Assembly (NCBI GenBank): GCA_029858305.1
Contig: JAOUFI010000055.1
Span: 1 to 13,755, forward strand
Reading direction: 5' to 3'
DNA: 13,755 nucleotides
DNA from: Candidatus Thorarchaeota archaeon
GTDB lineage: Archaea > Asgardarchaeota > Thorarchaeia > Thorarchaeales > Thorarchaeaceae
Every line of letters starts with the position of its first letter. Positions within the stretch are counted from its first letter, which is position 1. The notes under the pieces are model-generated. The model was not told the origin of the DNA. It ran no database searches and worked only from the letters and a program-made list of their open reading frames with translations. The position numbers and the translations under genes are program-made. Of the stretch, positions 1 to 6,695 are shown piece by piece.

Positions 1-1
1 G

Positions 2-916
2 TCCATTTTTTACCTAGGCAAGAGGTGCGACCTACTTGGTTTGGATACCATCTCATGCGGGAAGACCATTGGATTCGCAATGGAACTTTATGAGAAAGGC
101 ATCTTGACAGAACGAGATACTGGTGGGATCGACCTGTCGTGGGGCAACAAGGAGGCACAAGCGGAGCTTGTCGAGCTGATTGCAAAGCGCGAAGGTATTG
201 GAAAGATCCTTGCAAATGGTGTAAGGAAAGCAGCTGAGCAGATTGGTGGGGATGCCTGGAAATATGCAGTCCATGTGAAGGGGCTTGAGGCTTCAGGACA
301 GGACCCACGAGCACACCAGAGCATCGGATTGACTTATGCAACGAATGTGCGAGGAGCGGACCATCTTAGAAGTCTATCAAGCCTAGAAGAGCTTGGATAT
401 CCAGACATCGTCATCGAGCGATTTGGTGAGGAGAAGGCGGATGCTATCCTTGATATCATGTCGCCAAAATACAAGGGTCAAGTGGTCTGGGACATGGAGG
501 ACCTCTACGCACTGGTAGACTCTGCAGTGATCTGCAAATATGCAACAATGTGGCCTCCTGTATTCTACTTTGATACTTTTGTTAATGTCATTCCATCCTT
601 AACTGGCATGGAAGAATGGTCAGATCCAAAGTACGTAAGGCAAACTGCAGAACGAATAAGTCACCTCAGACGTGCGTTCAATCACAGACTAGGTGTGACC
701 CGAAAAGATGAAACCTTACCTCAGAGATTGCTAAAGGAACCTATGCCAACAGGCCCTGCAAAGGGAGGACTTCCAGATCTTGATGAGATGCTCGATGAAT
801 ACTACAAGTTCCGTGGCTGTGATAGAGAAACAGGATACCCTCTTGAATCCAAGCTAAAAGAACTGAATCTGGACTTTGTCGTTGATGAGTTAAAACCCCT
901 TAAAATGACAAAATAG
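2..916 (+). CDS. aor: Aldehyde:ferredoxin oxidoreductase (AOR/W-pterin family), C-terminal part; 5'-partial at the window edge
   Basis: Frame is open from base 2 (SIFYLGKRCDLLGLDTIS...), so the ORF-track start at 41 is an internal TTG. AOR motifs: GLDTIS, IAKREGIGKILANG, VKGLE..GQDPR, RGADH, DSAVIC, and C-terminal D-x-LPQRL..EP..GP..G / LDEYY..RG.D..G.P. Confidence 0.93.
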   Translation, partial: SIFYLGKRCDLLGLDTISCGKTIGFAMELYEKGILTERDTGGIDLSWGNKEAQAELVELIAKREGIGKILANGVRKAAEQIGGDAWKYAVHVKGLEASGQDPRAHQSIGLTYATNVRGADHLRSLSSLEELGYPDIVIERFGEEKADAILDIMSPKYKGQVVWDMEDLYALVDSAVICKYATMWPPVFYFDTFVNVIPSLTGMEEWSDPKYVRQTAERISHLRRAFNHRLGVTRKDETLPQRLLKEPMPTGPAKGGLPDLDEMLDEYYKFRGCDRETGYPLESKLKELNLDFVVDELKPLKMTK

Positions 917-1090
917 ATCAGATAAAAATAGAGACACAATTATAACTAAGAATCCCACCCTCTCAGCCCTTCTAGAAGAAATGGTAAGTCATAGACGCAA
1001 GAAGACGGGTATAGATATTGATGATATTCCGCCTATTGAAATCCTTGATGCAACATGATGTAATCATTTTTCTTGCTGGTCAATGCGGGG

Positions 1091-1104
1091 GGAATTGTTT
1101 ATGT
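1091..1104 (+). promoter_or_regulatory. Possible archaeal TATA-like box for a leaderless preA-like transcript
   Basis: TTTATG at 1098-1103, about 25 nt upstream of ATG 1128 and preceded by a purine-rich stretch. There is no SD before the ATG. Confidence 0.35.
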
Positions 1105-1127
1105 TGAAGAACATGTAGACCTCAGTT

Positions 1128-2219
1128 ATGGCAGACATCAGTGTTGAATTACTTGGACTGAGATTCAGAAATCCGATTCTTACTGCAGCAGGACCTACAT
1201 CAAGAGATGGAATGACTCTGCTTAATGCTGCAGCTGGTGGCGTTGGCGGATTGGTCGCCAAAACTGTTAGTATAATGCCTGCTGATGTCCCAAGGCCGAA
1301 CATGGCTGCGCTAAAGGAGGGAAGAGTGGGATCCAGAACAGGTATACTGAACGCAGAACTCTGGAGCGAGCTTCCTCTCGAAACATGGCTTGAGAGGGAG
1401 TATCCGATTGCATTGAGCTCGGGACTGCCCCTGATTGCCAGTGTGGGTTATACTCCCGAAGATGTAAGCATGATAGCTCCCAGGCTAGAGAAAGCAGGTG
1501 TGAAAGCTATTGAGTTCAGTACACATTATGTCGGGGGCCACGTTGAGATCGCAAAGGCACTGAGAGAGGTAGTTGAGATTCCAATTATCGCCAAGCTGAG
1601 CCCGAAGGTTGATGTTGCTGCGGTAGCAAAGACCCTAGAGCCACATGTTGATGCCATTGCAGCCATTAATACATTCGGACCATGCCTCAGGATTGATATC
1701 GAGTCAGGAAGACCCATGCTCGGGAGTAGCGATGGCTATGGATGGATGAGTGGTTCTGCTCTAAAGCCAATAGCAATCAGGTGTGTTGCGGATATTGCGA
1801 AATCTGTCAAGCTCCCAATCATCGGAGTTGGGGGAGTGATGTCAGGTGCTGATGTCATCGAATTCATCATGGCTGGAGCTTCAGCAGTACAGGTCTGCAC
1901 AGCTGCAGTTCTTGAGGGACACACCGTATACGGAAAGATTGCAGGGCAAGTTGAGGAGTGGCTAGATAGCCATGATTACGACTCCCTTCGCGACATTCAA
2001 GGCAAGGCACTTCCTCATCTTGAGCAGGGCGTATCCCTTGATCCACCACCCGCTGTAGATCTTGACAAGTGCACACGATGCGGTCTCTGTGAGAAGTCCT
2101 GTGTCTATGGTGCAATCACTGTAAAGAAGTCTGAGAATCTCTTTGCGATTGATGCAAACAAGTGTGAAGCCTGTGGTATGTGCATCTCAGTATGCCCGTA
2201 TTTTGCACTAAGTTATTGA
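1128..2219 (+). CDS. Dihydropyrimidine dehydrogenase PreA-like / class 1 dihydroorotate dehydrogenase family FMN protein with C-terminal 2x[4Fe-4S] domain
   Basis: Motifs LLGLRFRNP..TAAGP, AKT, NAELWSE (PreA-type NIELIS), KLSP, AINT, GWMSGSALKPIA, IGVGGV and MAGASAVQVCTA. C-terminal CTRCGLCEKSC and CEACGMCISVCP. Confidence 0.88.
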   Translation: MADISVELLGLRFRNPILTAAGPTSRDGMTLLNAAAGGVGGLVAKTVSIMPADVPRPNMAALKEGRVGSRTGILNAELWSELPLETWLEREYPIALSSGLPLIASVGYTPEDVSMIAPRLEKAGVKAIEFSTHYVGGHVEIAKALREVVEIPIIAKLSPKVDVAAVAKTLEPHVDAIAAINTFGPCLRIDIESGRPMLGSSDGYGWMSGSALKPIAIRCVADIAKSVKLPIIGVGGVMSGADVIEFIMAGASAVQVCTAAVLEGHTVYGKIAGQVEEWLDSHDYDSLRDIQGKALPHLEQGVSLDPPPAVDLDKCTRCGLCEKSCVYGAITVKKSENLFAIDANKCEACGMCISVCPYFALSY

Positions 2220-2235
2220 TGACTCATTGCATCAT

Positions 2236-3420
2236 TCAAACAAAGAGAATGTCATTGATACCCCTAGTCAGCTGTTTTGCTTTCCCCTCAGTGACAACAT
2301 AGTCGTTCTCAATACGGACGCCGCCAATTGACTTGAGATAGACACCGGGCTCGATTGCCATGACATGTCCATCGAGGAAATAATCCTCTCTACGATACAT
2401 ACTAGGATACTCATGTACCTCTAAACCTATGCCGTGCCCAAGTCCATGGGTCATTCCATCGATTGCATTCGGATTAAGCCGACGAGAGTCAAAACCATGT
2501 TTCTTCAAAGTATTTGCACAGGCTAGATTCACGGCATCGATGACAGATCCATCAGTCAGTGTATCCACAGACGCGTCAGCTGCAGCTACAACAGCATCGA
2601 ACATTTCTCGTACTCTCTTTGAAACAGGCCCCTTTACAATAGTTCGAGTAACGTCCGCAACATATCGTTCTAATTTCAACCTAGGAAAGATGTCCATTAT
2701 TATTGGTACTCCTGCCTTAAATTTGTCCGCAGAAATCCCAAGATAATGCCAGTCAAAAGCCTTAGTTCCCACAGCTATGATTGCATCCTCGGATGACTCT
2801 GCTCCGTGGTCCAGGAGGAAGTGCTCCAGAGCTGATTTTATCATCCCCACAGTCAGAGGTTTCCCTTTATGCATCAAGACTTTGTTATTACCAATAGTAC
2901 TGTTCTTCACCATTTCTACAACTTGTGCGATAGCATCCGTGGTGGCTTTTCCAGCCTTCCTGATTGTTTGAATCTCTTTTGAAGACTTTCGAGCACGCGC
3001 CTCAAGAATGAGCTCCTTGACAACCTTGATAGTATAGCCCATTTTTTGAAGCATCACAAGCAAACTAGCTGGAAAATCATCAGGGACCCCTAGCGTCTTT
3101 CCAGAGAAGTGCGCTTTCAGGAAAGAACTATAGACTCGATCCATGTTGTCGTCGAGAACCAAGTTCTCTTGCAAAATCTTCACGACGATATCTGTGTAAT
3201 CATAGGTTTGAGTGATGAAGCTCTCTTTCCGAACTCGTTCAAGAGTTAGAAATGATGCTGCTACTATTGGTTCTCCTCCAAGATTCTTGAGATAGATAAT
3301 CTCGTCTGCAGACCTGAACCCAGTCAACCAGAATAAGTTTGAATTTTCAAATGCACTGCCGCTTACTAGTAGTGCGTCAATTCCATATTTCGCCATGAGA
3401 GAATCCAAATCATCATACAT
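2236..3420 (-). CDS. M24 family metallopeptidase (Xaa-Pro aminopeptidase/prolidase-like)
   Basis: Creatinase-like N-terminus (GIDALLV...NLFWLTGF), ARARKS..EI, and metal-ligand motifs MDIFP, YVADVTRT, HGLGHGIGLEVHE, IEPGVY, GGVRIEND. GAGG lies upstream of the ATG. Confidence 0.92.
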   Translation of the reverse strand: MYDDLDSLMAKYGIDALLVSGSAFENSNLFWLTGFRSADEIIYLKNLGGEPIVAASFLTLERVRKESFITQTYDYTDIVVKILQENLVLDDNMDRVYSSFLKAHFSGKTLGVPDDFPASLLVMLQKMGYTIKVVKELILEARARKSSKEIQTIRKAGKATTDAIAQVVEMVKNSTIGNNKVLMHKGKPLTVGMIKSALEHFLLDHGAESSEDAIIAVGTKAFDWHYLGISADKFKAGVPIIMDIFPRLKLERYVADVTRTIVKGPVSKRVREMFDAVVAAADASVDTLTDGSVIDAVNLACANTLKKHGFDSRRLNPNAIDGMTHGLGHGIGLEVHEYPSMYRREDYFLDGHVMAIEPGVYLKSIGGVRIENDYVVTEGKAKQLTRGINDILFV

Positions 3421-3470
3421 CCAGTTTGCCTCAACTCGAAGATTGGGTATATTGTGAAAAAGCCTTTCGT

Positions 3471-4367
3471 CTACGCTTGGATGTATGCACGCATTCGAGC
3501 TTCAACCATTGATCGTGTGGGCATATCATATGGTCCTATAGATTCAACATTGAAGGAGGAGCAGGTAGCTGCGAAAAGTCCCGCGCGGCGTACATCGCCT
3601 GTGCGCATGTATTCTAAGAGAAAACCTATGCTATAGGTATCACCACACCCTGTCGTGTCTACCTGTGCTCTCGCAAGAACCATTGGAATACGAACCTTCG
3701 AATTTCTCGTGTAGATTACAGAACCCCTCTGACCATGGGTCACGAGGACAATCCTCGGTCCGAGATTGAGTACTTGGCTGGCTGCTGACAGTTCGGATTC
3801 TGAAGGAATCGTAGTGAATAATTCATGCTCATGAAACTTCACAACATCTACTAGTTCCAATACTTCATCGCGTGTTGCCCATTCCTTTGGAGTAACTATT
3901 CCATCCTTGCCAATTGACCTGATATAGCCTTGAACATCAAGAGATGTGAGGGCTTTACTTGACCGCGCCTCGCGAATACACTCTATATCAATCTCATTAC
4001 ATGTGAGTGGCGAGAAATGAATGATGTTGGCATCGAGATGATCTTCTGTGAAGTCTTCAGGTCGAATGGAAGGTGCAACTGATTCCACGTATTGGACCCG
4101 AGCTCCAGACGCATCGTATTTATTCACGAATCGTGTTGACTTAGGGCCTTCGACGATAAATCCTGAGAGGTCAAGACCAGAGGATTTGAGAATGTCGTGA
4201 TAGCTCTTTTCGAAGTCAGCACCAACTTTAGTCACAATCCCAGCACCAAATGCACCTATAGCTGGAGCTAGCATTGCATATGCCGTGCTCCCTCCAAGAG
4301 CCTCCTTTGCAGTGTCAGGCATTATGATGAGATCTCTACTAAGATGTCCTACAACCACAATCTCCAT
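3471..4367 (-). CDS. PfkB/ribokinase-family carbohydrate or nucleoside kinase
   Basis: IVVVGHLSRD, LGGSTAY, VGADF, LDVQG, VTHGQRGS and signature VDTTGCGDTY. The likely start is ATG 4367 (MEIVVVG) or 4376 rather than 4403. Confidence 0.9.
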   Translation of the reverse strand: MEIVVVGHLSRDLIIMPDTAKEALGGSTAYAMLAPAIGAFGAGIVTKVGADFEKSYHDILKSSGLDLSGFIVEGPKSTRFVNKYDASGARVQYVESVAPSIRPEDFTEDHLDANIIHFSPLTCNEIDIECIREARSSKALTSLDVQGYIRSIGKDGIVTPKEWATRDEVLELVDVVKFHEHELFTTIPSESELSAASQVLNLGPRIVLVTHGQRGSVIYTRNSKVRIPMVLARAQVDTTGCGDTYSIGFLLEYMRTGDVRRAGLFAATCSSFNVESIGPYDMPTRSMVEARMRAYIQA

Positions 4368-4403
4368 GAAATGCATCACGACCCAAGTACACAGAGGTGT
4401 CAT

Positions 4404-4507
4404 CTGAGCAGAATGCTGCCTTTAACTTCTATGCAAAATCATAGGACAGTGCATAAGGCAACGGTTTTAATCGAATATTGGCATTCCATCAGATTGAGTG
4501 TGTAATC
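4404..4507. promoter_or_regulatory. Divergent promoter region between pfkB-M24 and moaD-amidohydrolase-FeS-aor
   Basis: Intergenic between divergent starts. TTTTAA at 4465-4470 (+) and TTAAAG at about 4420-4425 (-) are TATA-like. Confidence 0.45.
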
Positions 4508-4789
4508 ATGGCACGAGTCGTCGTGAAATTCTTTGCTACCGTCAGAGAAGTGACAGGCGTAAAAAGTATTGAATTAGAGGCTGATACAATTAGAGCCCTT
4601 CTTGACAGCTTAAAGGCCACCTATGGAGAGAAATTCACAAGTACTGTGATTGATACTGAAACTGGCAAGCTGAAACAATTTTACTCGTGTATGGTAAATG
4701 GCAAACGCATCGAGTTACTAGATGGGTATGAAACAGTGCTTTCCGATAATGACGCAATAGCACTATTTCCGCCGGTCGGGGGAGGATGA
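4508..4789 (+). CDS. moaD: MoaD/ThiS/SAMP-family ubiquitin-like sulfur carrier
   Basis: VVKFFATVREVTG, MVNG, and C-terminal IALFPPVGGG-stop (diglycine). ATG 4508 is more plausible than TTG 4478. Adjacent to W-pterin AOR genes. Confidence 0.9.
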   Translation: MARVVVKFFATVREVTGVKSIELEADTIRALLDSLKATYGEKFTSTVIDTETGKLKQFYSCMVNGKRIELLDGYETVLSDNDAIALFPPVGGG

Positions 4790-4790
4790 G

Positions 4791-6200
4791 TTGAGCAGCT
4801 CTATTACATCAAAACATAGGAAACAGATGGACAGAGGAAGTGTAGACCTCGTCATAAGAAACGCGCAACTTCTCATGGAGTCAGGACTAGTGAGAGGAGG
4901 TGTTGGGGTTTCTGATGGAGCCATCTCAATTATTGCCACTGATGAGCATCTACCTGACGCAGACACAATAATTGATGCTAAAGGATACATCTTGATGCCA
5001 GGTCTAATTGACGGTCACGCTCATGTTCATGATCCAAACATGTTATCGCATGAAAGCTTTCAATCTGGCTCCCGAGCTGCAGCCGGAGGCGGAGTTACAA
5101 CTCTCATTGATATGCCTCTGACAAATCAGGTTGATTCTGTTGCAACACTTGAAGATAAGATACAGGCGGGTGTCGCACACTCCCTAGTCGATTTCTCCTT
5201 CTATGCGGGGATGATTAAATCCGAAAATATCTCAGTCATTCCAATGCTTATGGAGAAGGGGATAGCTGCCTTCAAGGCCTTTACATGTGAACCATTCCAG
5301 GTCAGCGCAGGTGTCATAACGAAGGCTCTAAGCGAGGTGTCAGAGTATGGAGGGCATCTCACTGTCCACTCTGAAGACCAGGGCGTGCTCGACGAATTCA
5401 AGAAGGATATGGATGGCGAGTGGGATGCTCCAATCAGTCATTCTTTAGCACGGCCAAATTTAGCTGAACAACTAGCTATAAGACAGAATACTTCCCTCGC
5501 TGAGCAGACAGGAGGCCACTTGCATATTGCTCATGTCACGACACGCGAAGGGCTGATCGAGATTGAACGAGCAAAACTGCATGGCACCATGGTGACTACA
5601 GAGGTCTGCCCGCATCATCTTATGTTCTATAGGGATGATATGAATCGATTGGGGCCGAGAAGCAAGATGAATCCTCCTCTGAGAACCAAAGAAGACAAAG
5701 CAGCACTCTGGTCTTGTTTGCTACGGGGCATAATCGACATAACTGTGAGCGATCATGCTCCATGCCCGATTGAGAAGAAAGAGGCAGGAAAGGAAGATAT
5801 CAGAGAGGCCTGGTCAGGAGTGGATGGAACTCAGATGATTCTCAGAGTCTTACTCTCGGAGGGAATCAACAAGGGAAGACTCTCATATACAAGACTGCTC
5901 AAGATCGCATCACGGAACCCAGCAAGGATTTTCGGTCTCTATCCGAAGAAAGGAGTGCTGCGAATTGGTTCTGATGCAGACTTCGTAATATTCGATCCAA
6001 ATCGAGAGGAGAAGATTACAGCAGAAATGATGTTTTCTAAGTGTGAGTGGACACTTTACGAGGGATTGACCATGCGTGGTGCGCCTGTGATGACCTTTGT
6101 AAGAGGCATTCAAGTATTTGGAGAGGGTAAGATACTGGCAAAACCAGGGTGGTGTGAGTTCCAGGCAATGGGAAGTGGGGTCAGGACAAAGGGAGAATGA
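4791..6200 (+). CDS. Cyclic amidohydrolase (allantoinase / dihydropyrimidinase / dihydroorotase family)
   Basis: MPGLIDGHAHVHDP (HxH), GSRAAAGGGVTTLIDMP, AFKAF (carboxy-Lys), VHSED, HIAHVT, EVCPHHL, KMNPPLR, SDHAP, NPARIFGLYPKKG..GSDADFVIFD. Start is TTG 4791 (GGAGG at 4781-4785) or ATG 4827. Confidence 0.92.
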   Translation: MSSSITSKHRKQMDRGSVDLVIRNAQLLMESGLVRGGVGVSDGAISIIATDEHLPDADTIIDAKGYILMPGLIDGHAHVHDPNMLSHESFQSGSRAAAGGGVTTLIDMPLTNQVDSVATLEDKIQAGVAHSLVDFSFYAGMIKSENISVIPMLMEKGIAAFKAFTCEPFQVSAGVITKALSEVSEYGGHLTVHSEDQGVLDEFKKDMDGEWDAPISHSLARPNLAEQLAIRQNTSLAEQTGGHLHIAHVTTREGLIEIERAKLHGTMVTTEVCPHHLMFYRDDMNRLGPRSKMNPPLRTKEDKAALWSCLLRGIIDITVSDHAPCPIEKKEAGKEDIREAWSGVDGTQMILRVLLSEGINKGRLSYTRLLKIASRNPARIFGLYPKKGVLRIGSDADFVIFDPNREEKITAEMMFSKCEWTLYEGLTMRGAPVMTFVRGIQVFGEGKILAKPGWCEFQAMGSGVRTKGE

Positions 6201-6203
6201 ATT

Positions 6204-6695
6204 GTGACGCAACTGAAGTTTGTGTTTGGCGACCCCGAAATCTGTTCGGGTTGTATGATTTGTGCAAATGTATGTAGTATGTACTACTTCAAAGTGATAA
6301 GCCCCACAAGGTCACGCGTTAGAGTTATGAGAATCGAACCAGCTCTGGATTTTCCACTTTTTTGTCGCAACTGCAAAGATGCACCTTGCATCGATGCCTG
6401 CCCAGAGAGAGCCTTGAGCAGAACATCGAAAGGAATAGTTATTGTAAACAATAGCAAATGTAATGGAACTGGGATGTGTGTAAAGGCCTGTCCCTACAAT
6501 GCCATTCACATCAATCCTGACACCGGCAAAGCCATCAAGTGTATTCAGTGTGGTCAATGTGTGGACCGCTGTCCCGCAGATGCCCTCTTCCTGACTACGG
6601 ATGAAGACCTTGCAAATAGAGAGGATGAGGGAAGAATGATGGAATTGTACGAGAAGCATAAAGAAGAGCTCTATAGTAAGGAGGAGGGATTCTAG
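6204..6695 (+). CDS. DmsB/AorA-like multi-[Fe-S] electron-transfer subunit
   Basis: CSGCMICANVC, SRVRV, CRNCKDAPCIDACP, CNGTGMCVKACP, KCIQCGQCVDRCP. Its stop overlaps the aor start (TAGTG). Confidence 0.9.
   Translation: MTQLKFVFGDPEICSGCMICANVCSMYYFKVISPTRSRVRVMRIEPALDFPLFCRNCKDAPCIDACPERALSRTSKGIVIVNNSKCNGTGMCVKACPYNAIHINPDTGKAIKCIQCGQCVDRCPADALFLTTDEDLANREDEGRMMELYEKHKEELYSKEEGF

Noticed and set aside
41-43. ORF-track start for the first AOR
   Set aside because: It is the Leu codon of the conserved GLDTIS motif; the gene begins upstream of the window.
2217-2234. TGATG-N8-CATCA inverted repeat between the convergent preA-like and M24 genes
   Set aside because: A 5-bp stem with no U-tract is too weak to call a terminator.
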